Positions 23,660 to 36,380 of a stretch of 64,000 bases of DNA are shown piece by piece. Made by a program: the position numbers and the translations under genes. Under the pieces are notes generated by a model that saw only the letters and a list, made by a program, of their open reading frames with translations, searched no databases and was not told where the DNA came from. Every line of letters begins with the position of its first letter. Position 1 is the stretch's first letter. The stretch comes from Squalus acanthias (taxonomy: Eukaryota), in assembly GCA_030390025.1 (NCBI GenBank), contig JASTWF010000033.1, positions 2,172,001 through 2,236,000 on the forward strand, read 5' to 3'.

Positions 23660-24510
23660 ATACTCACACTTTCCCACTCCCGGGCACACTGAAACCAGAC
23701 ACTCAAACTTTAGAGTGGAATAGATTCCATTCCTTTTCAGGTGAAAATATCATCTTTCCCATATTATTCAACCTACATCTCTCGAGAAAATTATGTTATG
23801 CCCCTACGTTCGAGTTCTCGATTTTGTCTCAAAGATGTGTGGTGTTCATGTTGGATTCTGCACCAAATCAGGCTTGTTCAGTCCATTACCGGAGGATGGT
23901 GAACCCATCACTATTCTGCCCCTTTCTGTTCTACAGATACTGACCTGGCATTGGAACAAAAATTCAATGGAAAAACTACACGGGACAACAGTCTCAGAAA
24001 AAGGTACTAAACGTCCTGCCACCTCTCCCAAAGATGAATAACAAGTGATGCAGATTGCTCTTTGGGGTAAATAGTTTAATTCTTGGATTGAATTTGCCTG
24101 TGAGACTGACTGACACCGTCATTGACCAATTAGTTCATGTACCCAGCACTGGCCTGCAATCTGGTACATTCCGCACACTCACAGAGATCAGCACAAGTGC
24201 CCGAAACATCCCAATCACCGGAGCTGATCCTGGGAACCTGCAACACTAACTCTGCGGGCCATGAGCAAACTCTAGAGAAATCTCCCGTATGCTCCCAATG
24301 CTTATTATGATGTTCATGTGGTTGCTGCTGAGATATCCGGGTGCGACACATGAAATTTAAGAAATGTTCCACATTTGTTCGCTTCAATTCTTTTATTTCA
24401 GCTTCTCCTGGATGACCAGACCCGTCCTTCAGATGTCCTGCATTTCCTGACAGCACATTTGCAGGACTGTACAAGAGACCAGAGGGTGATGCCAAAGATG
24501 TAGGACATGC
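23660..24510 (+). pseudogene. Duplicated block copy B containing a 98-bp exon-like segment (24402-24499)
   Basis: Acceptor ttttatttcag and donor gtagga flank an open frame LLLDDQTRPSDVLHFLTAHLQDCTRDQRVMPK. Paralogous to 19612-20470. Confidence 0.5.
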
Positions 24511-24639
24511 TCAGGCACAATCTTCAATGGTAATTTTGCTCATCTTTCTAAAGGTAGAAACATTTCCCTTCGGTCAGTTTCCTCCATCAGCTGCAGAACA
24601 TTTCTTTCCCGTATCCTGCTTCAAAAATAATATCAGCTT

Positions 24640-27410
24640 CCCAGACATGTACAACCTCTACAACCCCATTACTGAACTGCAAGGGCACAGACTTGTACAA
24701 TCCCACAGCAGTGCACCGTAAGGGCACAAACATTTACATTTCCAGAACTTTATTGTAAGGACACAGACTTGTACAAACCCTTGGTCCAGCACGGTCCCCC
24801 AGCGCTGTCTTGTATTAAACCTCCAGCACTGTCCTATAAATGCACAGAGCTATACCACCCCAGCACTGTCCTGTATAACTCCCCAGCACTGTCCAGTAAC
24901 TACACAGAACTGTACCACCCCTGAACTGTCCTGTATATATCCCCAGCAATTCCCTGTTTTCTACACAGAGCTGTACCACCCCAGCACTGTCAAGGATTAA
25001 ACACAAGCACGGTACTGTAACTACACAGAGCTGAACCACCCCAACACTGTCGTGTATAAATCCCAGCACTGTCCAGTAACTACACAGAACTGTGCCAGGC
25101 CTGAACTTTCCTGTATATACCCCCAGCACTGCTCTGTAATTACACAGACCTGTACAACCCCAGCACTGTCCAGGATAAACCACAGCACTGTCGAGTGACT
25201 ACACAGATCTGTACCACCCCAGCATTGTCCTGTATACACACCCAGCACTGTACTGTAACTACACACAGCTGTACCACCTCAGCAGTGTCCCGTATAACCC
25301 CCCCCCCCCTCAGCACTGTCCTATAACTACACATTGCTGTACCACCCCAGCACTGTAATTTATAAACCCCCAGCACTGTCCTGTAACTACACAGAGCTGT
25401 ACCACCCCATTACTGCTATGTATAAAACCCCAGCACATTCCTGTAACTGCACAGAGGTTTACAACCCTAGCACTGCCCTGCATAAACCCCCAGCACTGTA
25501 CTGTTAGGACACAGACCTGTCCCACCCCAACACTGTCCTGTATCAATCCCCAGCACTGTACTTTAAGCACACAGACTAGAACAAAGCCTGCACTGTTCTG
25601 CAAGTCTACTGACCTGTATAAATCTAGCACTGTCCTGTATAACCACACCCCCCCTCCCCCCGCCCCACCAAGCACTGTATTTTTTTGGACACAGCCCTGT
25701 ATAACACTCCTATTGTCCTGTATAAAATACCCAGCACCGGACTGTAAGGGCACAGATCTGTGCATCCCCTGCCCTGCACTGTAACGACAAATATTTGTAC
25801 AACCCCATCACTCTACTATAAGGACACAGCTGTTTAAAAGAACCCAGCACTGCACTGTAAGGATACAGAGCTTTACAACTCCCTGCACTGCAGTGTAAGT
25901 ATAGAGTTCAGTACAGCCCCGGCACTCTACTGTAAGAACACAGACATGTACAGCCCCGACACTACACAGCAAGGACGCAGACATTTACAACACCAGCACT
26001 GCATTCCAAGCAAACAGACCTGCATAACCGCCATCACTGTACTGTAAGGACATAGACCTGTGCAAACCCAGCACTGCGCTGTGAGGACACAGTCCTGTAT
26101 AACCACGGCACTTCACTATGAGGCCAAAGAACTGTACAGCCCGTCATTGTAATGTAAGGACAGAGAACGGGACCCGCCACCCCCATCATTGCTCTTTAAG
26201 GAGACAGACCTACACAACCCCAGCCCAGCACTGTTAGAACACAGAACTACACAACCCCAGCCCAGCACTGTTAGAACACAGAACTTAACAACCCCAGCCC
26301 AGCAATGTTAGAACACAGAACTGCACAACCACAGCCCTGCACTGTTAGAACACAGAACTTAACAACCCCAGCCCAGCAATGTTAGAACACAGAACTACAC
26401 AACCACAGCCCAGCACTGTTAGAACACAGAACTGCACAACCCAAGCACTGCACTGTTAGAACACAGAACTACACAACCACAGCCCAGCACTGTTAGAACA
26501 CAGACCTACACAACCCAAGCACTGCACTGTTAGAACACAGAACTGCACAACCCCAGCCCAGCACTGTTAGAACACAGAACTTAACAACCACAGCCCAGCA
26601 CTGTTAGAACACAGAACTTAACAACCACAGCCCAGCACTGTTAGAACACAGAACTGCACAACCCAAGCACTGCACTGTTAGAACACAGAACTGCACAACC
26701 CAAGCACTGCACTGTTAGAACACAGACCTACACAACCACAGCCCTGCACTGTTAGAACACAGAACTGTACAACCCCAGCCCAGCACTGTTAGGACACAGA
26801 ACTTAACAACCCAAGCACCGGACTGATAGGACACAGACCTGTACAACCCCAGCCCTGCACTGTTCGGACACAGGCTTGCATAACCCCAGTACTGCACTAG
26901 TAGGACACAGCACTGTACAATGATGAGACAGAACTGTACAAAGCCAAAACTGCATTCTAAGGACAGAGACCTTTACAACCCCAGCACTGCAATGTTCGGA
27001 CACAGACCTGTACAGCCCCAGCACTGCACCGTTAGGACACAGACCTGTACAATCCCCCAGACATGCACTGTAAGAACACATACCTGTACAACCCCTGCAC
27101 TGAACTATAAGGGCACAGATTTGCACAAACTCCGCACTGCACTGTTTGGACAAAGACATTAAAAAAACAGCACAGTACTGTACGGACATAGACCTGTGCA
27201 ACGCCGGCTCTTTACTGTAAGCACACCGATCTGTACAACCCCCAGGACCGCACTGCAAGGACACAGACCTGTACATCCCAGTCAGTGTATTGAAAGCGCA
27301 CAGCCATTTCCAACACCCAGCACTGTACTGAAGCGACAAAGATCTATACATCCTCCAGCATTGTACAATAATCGCACAGTCCTGTACAACCTCGGCTCTT
27401 TACTGCAATA
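24640..27410. repeat. Compound degenerate minisatellite built on CAGCACTG/ACACAGA motifs: ~59-bp units (24815-25740), diverged ~37-bp units, and a homogenised 37-bp core at ~26200-26860 (ACAACCCCAGCCCAGCACTGTTAGAACACAGAACTAC)
   Basis: Tandem periodicity read directly. Confidence 0.92.
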
Positions 27411-28125
27411 AGAATAATGGACTCGATCAGCTAAATAAAGAGAATGTATTTCTTTTCGTATGGGAGTCCAGATTTTGGGGCATAACCTTAAAAGTAGACC
27501 GAGGCTATTCAGGGGTGATGTCAGGAACAGTAGCGGAAATGTGGAACACCCTCCCCCAAAAAGCTGTTGCGACTGGGAGTCAGTTGAAAATGTCATAACT
27601 GAGAGATTTCCGAGATACAACTGTGTCAAGGGATATGGAGCCAATGTCGGTGGATGGAGTTAAGGTACAGATCAGCCTTGATCTACTTGAATGGTGGAAT
27701 AGACTCGGGGCTGACTGGCCTCCTCCTGTTCCTATGTCCCTACCGTTTTTGATAAGTTTTTGTGCCGGTGCACTTGCTGGATAAAAGGATTCAATACGGT
27801 CGTTGCGGAGAGATTATTTCCACTGGCGGGGAGTCCAGAACTACGGGCATAACCTTAAAATTAGCGCTCGGCTATTCAGTGAATTCAGGAACCACTTCTT
27901 CACACCATGGGTAGTGGAAATCTGGAAATCTCTCCCCCAAAGGCTGTGGATGTTCGGGACCAATTGGAGCGGTCAAGACTGAGATCGATAAGATTGTTGT
28001 TGGGTAAAGGTATCAATAGATATGGAGCAAAGGCTGGAAAATTAGGTTAGGGTACAGTTCAGCCATGATCTAATATAATGGCGGAACAGGCTCGAGGGGT
28101 TTAATGGCCTCCTCCTGTACCTACT
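27411..28125 (+). mobile_element. Two tandem CR1 3'-end fragments
   Basis: Repeated ggcataaccttaaaa...gtggaaatctgg...gatcagccatgatct...aatggcggaacaggctcgaggg tails. Confidence 0.8.
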
Positions 28126-28199
28126 TGGCTGAGAGAATTAAGTTAGAGGTAAGTTATGGCAAGCGCCACGAGTGGGGTCAAATAACGCCCGCTCCACGC

Positions 28200-28810
28200 C
28201 TCATAACTTGACTTTGTAAAGCGCTTTTAACATAGTAAAACGTCCAAGGCGCATAACATGAGCGTTTATAAGCAGTATTGACAGAGAGTCATATAAGGAG
28301 ATATCTGCAGAGGTGACCAAAAGCTTGGACAATGAGGTTGGTTTCAAGGATGGTCTTCAAGGAGGAGAGATTTGGAGAGGGATTAGGGCCTATGTAGCTG
28401 AAGGCACGGCCGCCAATGGTGGAGTGAAGGAAGTTGGGGATGGTAAAGATGCCGGAATTGGAGGAGTGCAGAGATCACAGAACGTTGTCGAACCGGAGGA
28501 GGTAAAAGAGATGGGGGTGGGGGCATGGAAGGATTTGAACACGAGGATGAGAACTGTAGGGCTGGAGGAGGTTACAGATATTGGACGGAGGGCGTGGGAG
28601 GATTTGAACACAAGGATGAGAATTGTAGGGCTGCTGGAGTTTACAGATATTGGGAGGGGCGAGGTTATGGAGGGATTTGAACAGGAGGATGAGAATTTTA
28701 GGGCTGGTGGAGTTTACAGATATTGGGAGGGGCGACGCTATGGAGGGATTTGAAAACAATAATGAGAATGTTAAAATCGAGGTGTTGCCGGACCGGAGCC
28801 AATGTATTAA
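28200..28810 (-). mobile_element. L2-like LINE 3' end with an internal ~70-bp tandem expansion (28490-28790)
   Basis: Similar to 52520-52830 (gaccaaaagctt, agctgaaggcacggcc). About four copies of gtagggctgg...ttacagatattgg...gatttgaacac...gatgagaa. Confidence 0.75.
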
Positions 28811-29059
28811 CACACTAACAGACACTTACTGTCCGCCAGACAGGATTGATCTCTATGATGCCATAGATGTCTGCGGAACAGGAGTCGAGTTTGCAGACTC
28901 CGCCAATCAGTTCCCAGGTACAAATGGGAACAGATTGGACAAGACAGAGAGAGAGAGAGAGAGAGAGAGATCTTACAACTGAGCCTAGACGGCCTGAAAG
29001 ATCACCGCCCTCCCTTGCCTGAATCTACAATCAGTGCCTTCTCCATCTCCCAACATCAA

Positions 29060-29365
29060 TCACAACTTAAAAGGTAATCAGAAAGAAACTAGAATTGGGG
29101 AGGCGGGAAGGAGATAAGGCAAATGCTTTTTTATGCAGCTTGTTCTTATGATCTGGAATGCGCTGCCTGGAAGCGTGGTGGAAGCAGATGCAATGGTTAC
29201 TTTCAAAAGGGAATCGGATAAATATATGAAGGGAAATTATTTACAGGGCATTGGGGAAAGTGCACGGGAGTGGGACTAATTGGATCGCTCTTTCAGTGAG
29301 CCGGCAGATACACAATGGACCAATTAGCCTCCTTCTGTTCTGTCCCAGTCTATCATTCTATGTAA
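29060..29365 (+). mobile_element. CR1 3' tail fragment
   Basis: gatctggaatgcgctgcctggaagcgtggtggaagcagat...gggagtgggactaattggat...ttctatg. Confidence 0.8.
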
Positions 29366-32009
29366 CTGGGCTCCGACCAACGGCCCGTTTCACCAGGAGT
29401 CGGCAGAGTGACACCCACTGAGCCGAGCTAGCCAGCCGCACACTGGCAGAGTGGAAATTCACGGGACTGCAGGAGGCCCCAAGTAACTGAGCGTCCTGTC
29501 CTCTCCTCTTCTGCCCTCCACTCCCTCTCCCTTCTCATCTCTCCCACTATCCCCTCCTCCTGAATCTGTGATCAGTAGATTATTGCTAAGGGTGTTAAGG
29601 GGAATGGGGCCATAGTGGGTGGATGGAGTTAGGATGCAGATCAGGACTGACCACCCTATGGCTGGTATAAAGACGGTGACGGTCACGGAAGGAACGTTAA
29701 CGCGGCCAGTCAGACTGTTAGTCAGCGGGACCTTCCAGGGAACACCAAGAAGACATGAAAAAGAAGAAGAAGATGGTCTCCACTAAATTTGGTGAGAGCA
29801 GGAATCGGTGGAGAGGAGAAATTCACTGTAAAGGTACAAGGTAAATTAGGTAAGTAATCATGAGATTATAATTTAGCTTCGACTTGTAACATAAAAGAGA
29901 CTTCATGGTCAGTGGCAATTAACAGCTATTAGCTGTCAGTGGTTGCCTGATTAGGTGGTAAACGCTGTCGGCTAGAAGCTGATTAAGCAGTTGTAACATA
30001 TTTGACTCTCATTATTTTAGGCATTAGTTTGCAAGAGCAGAGAGCTTGGAGACAGAGCTTGGTGAACGCAATCGGAGTGGATTGCAAGCAGAGTGGAAGA
30101 ATTTATTGAGAGCAGGAATTCGGTGAAGAGGAGGAAGGCGGTTGAGACGTCTAACTGAAAAGGCGGAGTGGAGCCTCAGGACCCAAGGACTCTAAGTTAA
30201 TAGTCCGGAGAGCTGAGCTGCGGGAGACCGAGAGGAGCGGCTGCAGATAAAGGTAAGTCCCAGAGCCCGGAGGGAGCGCGAGTGTCAGGGACCTGGTAAA
30301 AAAACATAAAGTGACGTCAGCACAAGGGAAGCAGCTGATGATTGTTTTTTTTAAGTCTTGAGTTTATTTCCGTTAAGTTAGTTATTAGTCTATTACATGG
30401 AGAAACGACAGGGCACTTCAGTCCCGGGGAATGCACATCTTGTGCCCTGTAGGAACTGCAGGACGCTTCCCGTGTCCTGGAACACCACGTGTTGCAGGAA
30501 GTGTCGTCAGCTGGAAGAGTGCGAGCTCCGGCTTTCTGAGCATCAGCAGTGGCTGGTGTCACTTCAGTGCATCGCGAGGTTGAGAGCTACGTGGATAGCA
30601 CGTTTCAAGAGGTTGTCACCCTGCAGCCTAAGACTGTACAGGCAGAGAGCGAATGGGTGACCACCAGACAGACAAGGAGGACAAGACAGGGGTTGCAGGA
30701 ATCCCCTGTGTGTAACTCACACTTTAATCAGTACTGGATGCAGGTGAGGGTGAAGATTCCTCTGGGAGCGCACCAGGAGCCGAGTGCTTGGCACCATGGG
30801 ATACTCAGCTGGACAGGGGGGTGAGAAGGAAGATCGGGGATGTAATATTGATCGGGGAATTCAATAGTTCGGGAAATAGACAGGCGTTTCTGCCACCGCA
30901 GAAGTGATTCCAGGATGGTATGTTGCCTCCATGGTGCCAGGGTCAAGGATGTCATTCAGCGGCTGCTGAACATTCTGAGTGGGGAGGGTGAACAGCCAGA
31001 TGTCGTAGTCCATATCGGTATCAACAACATAGGCACAAAGAGGGATGAGGTCCTGCGGGAAGATTTTAGAGAGCTAGGGAAAGAGATTAAAAAGCAAGAT
31101 CTCAAGGGTAGTTTTCTCAAGAAGGTCTCAGATAGGTTTACAGTGCAGGTGAGTAAACGCAGGAAGCGTGGTAAATAAGGTTGGTGAGCAGCAGGCACAA
31201 ATAGTCACATGGGACTATGATGTCGTGGTGATAACGGAGACGTGGCTCAAAAAAGGGCAGAATTCGGTTCTAAATATTCCTGGAGAAAAGCCGTTCAGAA
31301 AAGATAGGAAGGAAAGAAAGGAGGGGCGGTTGCAGTATTGTTAAGGAGAATATTACTGTGCTTTACAGAGAGGATCTCCTGGAAGTGTCAAGGACAGAAT
31401 CTATTTGGTTAGAACAATAGAGGTGCCATTACACTACCAGGTGAATTCGATAGGGCACCACCTAGTGCGAAGGATATAGAGGAGCACATTTTCAGGGCAA
31501 TTACAGAGAGGTGCAAGAACTACAGAGTATTGGTAACGGGGGTCTTCAACTGTTCTAATATAGATTGGGATAGTAAAAGTGTAAAGGCAGAGAGGGGAAA
31601 GAATTTCTGAAGGTGCTCAAGAGAACTTTCTTGATCAGTACATTTCCGGCCCAATGAGGAAGAAGGTGTTGGTGGATCTGTTTCTGGGGAATGAGATGGG
31701 ACAAGTGGGGCAAGTTTCAGTAGGGGAACATTTAGGGAACAGTGATCATAGTATCATAAGGGTTAGATTAGCTATGGAAAAGGAACCGGAACAATCTGGA
31801 GTAAAAAGACTAAATTGGAGGGAACCAATTTCAGTGGATTGAGAACGGATTTGGCCCGGGTAAATTGAAAAGATTGGCAGCCAAAACTGTAATCGAACAA
31901 TGTGCTGCCTTTAAAGAGAAGATGGTCTGGGTACAGTCAAGGTACTTTTCCCAAGAGGGGGTAAGGTAGGGTAACCAAAGCCAGAGGTCCTTTCGTGATA
32001 AAAGAGATA

Positions 32010-32903
32010 GGGGTAAAAATTCAGTTGGTTGCGCCTCCCGTTAGCGCCTTAAGAGGGCGCTAATGGGGCGCAAAGCCGCTAACGCCCGGGCGCAGCGATG
32101 TTTGCGCCGCTCGGGAACTTAACTTGACATTGTGCGGCGGCGCTAAAACTTACCGCTGCGACCACCTGCACGCGCAGATTGTGACGTCATTCCATGGTGC
32201 AACGCCCTTGTGGCGCCCCGGAGTGGAAATTGAGTGGCGCCCCCTGCCTTACCGCCTGGCGCATCCAACGACCAGAAGACTGGAACGCTATCAATCGCTG
32301 TGGGGCTGGGGGGGGGCGCTATTTAAAGGTGACTGCTTCCTGCCTTTTATTGTTGGTGGCATTTTTGAACTACGCATTCTGAGAGAGAGAGGGAGAGACT
32401 TCTGGAGAGATTCAACGTTGTGTGAAGGAGTTTTGGGTACTGAGCAGCACTTTGCAGGTTCATTTTGATTTGCCATTCCTTGTATCGATTTAGCAGAGAC
32501 TGTGGGAGCTGCACTCTGAGCTCTTTGCCTGGTACTCTCCATTGTTCTTTCCAGCACATTTGATGTGCAAGTCTCTCCAGGCCGAGATTCAAGGCTGCAA
32601 TGAACAGGATGTGGATGGAAAGCAAGATTAACCATCCCCTTTAAGAACTGGCTCGTGCCATTGTGTGTGTATTCCATTGCTGACTGACATTACATGAGCT
32701 TCGCCAGCGCTCTGAGTTAGTGCCTCACTCCTCGGCCTTTGCGCCTTAAGACAGGTGTGCAGCGCCTGCTTTAGCGCTCCACTCACCTCCCGGGGCGGTA
32801 AAAGTGAAGTTTCAAGTCAGTGCCGATAATTAGCGCCAGGCGCTAATATTTGCGTCCAGACGATATTTGCGCCCCAAATGGGGCGCAACCTAATTTCTAC
32901 CCC
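32010..32903. mobile_element. Non-autonomous DNA transposon, PIF/Harbinger-like (894 bp)
   Basis: TIRs GGGGTAAAAATT and GGGGTAGAAATT (reverse complement) with sub-terminal ggttgcgcc and multiple gcgcc motifs. 3-bp TSD ATA at 32007-32009 and 32904-32906. The host CR1 resumes exactly. Confidence 0.85.
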
Positions 32904-33208
32904 ATAGAGTGTAAGATGAAGCAGAAAATGGGGGCATATAACAGCTTGAGGTTGAGAATACAAGTGAGAACCAGGCTGAATATAAGAACTTCAGAGGCGA
33001 TTTGAAAACGGAAATAAGTGGGGCAAAGAGAGAGTATGAGAAGAGAATAGCAACCAACGTAAAAGGGAATCCAAAAGTATATAAATAGTGAACGGGTAGA
33101 AAGCGAAGGGGTGGGACCGATTCGGGACCAAAAGGAGTCCTACACATGGATGCAAAGGCCATGGCTGAGTTAGTAAATGAGTAGTTTGCATCTGTCTTAA
33201 CCGAGGAA

Positions 33209-34239
33209 AATGAGAAGTCGCACAACACCAGGTTATAGTCCAACAGTTTTATTTAAAATTTCGAGCTTTCAGAGCTCCGCTCCTTCTTCAGGTAAAGGTA
33301 CAGTGAGGGAATCTGTTACACAGTATATATACACAGAGAACAATTTGTCTGCAGAGATACAATCTGTTAGGGAGGCATTACATCAAAGACACATCAGAGT
33401 ACAGCTAAGACAATGAGGTGGGTCACAGGGGGTCCAACGTGTCAAATGCTGCCGTCTGCAGTTAAGCTTTTAACTTTTTTTTTGTGTTTTTTTTTAAAAA
33501 CTGGAAAGACAGACAACGATGTCGAGTCACGTTCTGTAGCGTGACATGAACCCAAGATCCCTATTGAGGCCGTCCTCATGGGTGCGGAATTTGGCTATCA
33601 GTTTCTTCTCGATGATTTTGCATTGTCGTGTGTCTCGAAGGCCGCCTTGGAGAACGCTAACCCACAGATCCGAGGCTGAATGTCCTTGACTGCTGAAGTT
33701 TTCCCCGACTGGGAGGTAACAATCCTGCCTGGCGATTGTTGCGCGATGTCCGTTCATACGTTGTCTCAGTGTCTGCATGGTCTCGCCGATGTACCATGCC
33801 GTGGTGCATTCTTTCCTGCAACGAATGAGGTAGACAACGTTGGCCGAGTCACATGAGTATGTACCATGTACCTGGTGGGTAGTGTCCTCACGTGTGATGA
33901 TGGTATCTGTGTTGATGATCTGGCATGTCTTGCAGAGGTTCCCGTGGCAGGGTTGTGTGGTGTCGTGGTCGCTGTTCTCCTGACAGCTGGGTAATTTGCT
34001 GCGAACGATGGTACTTTTGAGGTTAGGCGGCTGATGAAGGCGAGTAGTGGAGGCGTGGGGATGGCCTTAGCAAGGTGTTCGTCGTCACCGATGACATGTT
34101 GAAGGCTGCAAACAACATGGCCTAGTTTCTCCGCTCCGGGGAAGTACTGGACGACGTAATGTACTCTGTTGGTTGTGTCCCGTGTTCGTCTTCTGAGGAG
34201 GTCTATGCGGTTTTTCGCTGTGGCCCGTCGGAACGGTTC
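33209..34239 (-). mobile_element. Penelope-like retroelement 3' fragment (GIY-YIG endonuclease)
   Basis: Minus-strand peptide CKTCQII...SCDSANVVYLIRCRK...WYIGET-MQTLRQRMNGHR...GLNRDLG. 9-bp flanking direct repeat ACCGAGGAA at 33200-33208 and 34240-34248. Confidence 0.92.
33255..33297 (-). ncRNA. Minimal hammerhead ribozyme motif of the Penelope element
   Basis: Minus strand reads CTGAAGA-A-GGAGC-gga-GCTCT-GAAA-GCT: CUGANGA and GAAA boxes with stem II, in the Penelope 3' region just upstream of AATAAA. Confidence 0.7.
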
Positions 34240-34874
34240 ACCGAGGAAGAAATTGCTGCGAAAGTCATAGAGAAAAATGAGGGGGTTGAGATATTGGATG
34301 GGATAAAAATTGATAAAGGTGAGTTCAAGGAACGGCTGTCTGTACTTAAAGTAAATAAGTCACGAGGACCGGAGGGGATACATCCTAAAATGCTGAGGGA
34401 AGATAAGGTGGAAATTGCGGAGGTACTGGCCATTAATTTCCTATCCTTCTTGGATATGGCGGTATTGCCAGAGGAATGGAGAATTGCAATTGTTACAACC
34501 TTACTCAAAAAAGGGTTTAAGGATGAACGAAGCAACTACAGGCCAGTCAGTTTAACGATAATCTGGGACAAAATTAGCAGACAATTGTACAAGTGTGGAT
34601 TAATTAAGGGAAGCCATCACGGATTTGTTAAGGATAAATCGTGTTTACCCAACTTGATTGAGTTTTTGATGAGGTAACAAAGAGTGTTGCTGAGGGCAAT
34701 GCGGTTGATGTGGCGTATATGGATTTCAAAATTACGTTTGATAAAGTGCCACATAATAGGTTTGCATGAAAAGTTGAAGCCCGTGGAATAAATGGACAGT
34801 GGCAGCATGTATACAAAATTGGCTAAGTGACAGGAAACAGAGAGTAGTGGTGAACGGTTTTTTTTCGGACTAGT

Positions 34875-36380
34875 GAAACATTCGATGGAATTCTTCCAAC
34901 ATTCGATGGAATCTGGAACTGTACCCATGGATTGGAGGGTAGCTAATGTTACCCCACTATTCAAAAAGGGTGGTAGAGAGAAAGCGGGGAATTACAGGTA
35001 AGCCTGACATAGGGGAAAATGCTAGAGGCCGTTATAAAGGATGTAATAGGTGAGCATTTGAAAAACAGTGACAGGATCGGACAAAGTCAACATGGATTTA
35101 CAAAAGGTAAATCGTGCTTGACTAATCTACTGGAATTTTTTGAGGATGTAACTGGGAAAATAGATAAGGGAGAACCAGTAGATGTGGTGTATTTGGACTT
35201 TCAAAAGGCTTTCGATAAGGTCCCGCATAAGAGATTAGCGGGTAAAGTTAAGTCACATGGGATTGGGGGCAAGGTATTGACTTGGATAGAGAACTGGTTG
35301 GCGGACAGAAAGCAGAGAGTAGGAATTAATGGGTCTTTTTCCGAGTGGCAAGCAGTGACTAGTGGGGTACCGCAGGGATCGGTCCTTGGACCCCAGCTAT
35401 TCACAATATACATTAATGATCTAGATAAGGGAATTAAATGTAATATCTCCAAGTTTGTAGATGACACAAAGCTGGGTGGGAGTGTGTGCAGCGAGGAGGA
35501 TAGCGAGAAACTCCAGGATGATCTGGACAGGTTGGGTGAGTGGGCAGAAGCGTGGCAGATGCAATATAACGTGGATAAGTGCGAGGTTATCCACTTTGGT
35601 GTCAAAAACAGAAAGGCAGACTATTATCTGAATGGCAATAGATTGGGAGAAGGGGAAGTGCAACGAGACCTGGGTGTCCTTGTGCACCAGTCGCTGAAAG
35701 TAAGCATGCAGGTGCAGCAGGCGGTGAAGAAGGCAAATGGTATGTTGGCCTTCATAGCGAAAGGGTTTGAGTATAGGAACAGGGATGTCCTGCTGCAGTT
35801 GTACAGGGCCTTGGTGAGACCACACCTTGAGAACTGTGTGCAGTTTTGGTCGCCTTATCTGAGGAAGGATGTTCTTGCCATGGAAGGAGTTCAGCGAAGA
35901 TTCACAAGGCTGATACCTGGGATGGCAGGAATGACATATGAGGAGAGATTGGGTCGATTGGGCTTATACTCACTGGAGTATAGAAGAATGAGAGGGGATC
36001 TCATCGAAACATATAAAATTCTGACAGGTCTGGACAAACTAGATGCAGGAAGAATGTTCCCGATGGTCGGAGAGTCCAGAACCAGGGGTCATAATCTACG
36101 GATAACGGGTAAACCATTTAGGACAGAAATGAGGAAGAATTTCTTCACCCAGAGAGTGGTGAACCTGTGGAATTCTCTACCACAGAAGGTAGTTGAGGCG
36201 AAGTCATTAAATATATTCAAGGATGAGTTAGATATATTTCTTAAATGTACCAAGGGATATGGGGAGAAGGCAGGTACAGGGTACTGAGTTTAGATGATCA
36301 GCCATGATCTCATCGAATGGCGGAGCAGGCTCGAGGGGCCGAATGACCTACTCCTGCTCCTATCTTCTATGTTTCTATGT
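34875..36380 (+). mobile_element. Young 5'-truncated CR1 with a 422-aa open RT frame (35019-36287) and intact 3' tail
   Basis: QHGF, DFQKAFDKVPH, GVPQGSVLGP, KFVDDTKL, LWNSLP. Tail ...tcctatcttctatgtttctatgt. Confidence 0.96.

Noticed and set aside
24815..27351. Cys/Val-rich ORFs on both strands
   Set aside because: Products of the degenerate minisatellite.
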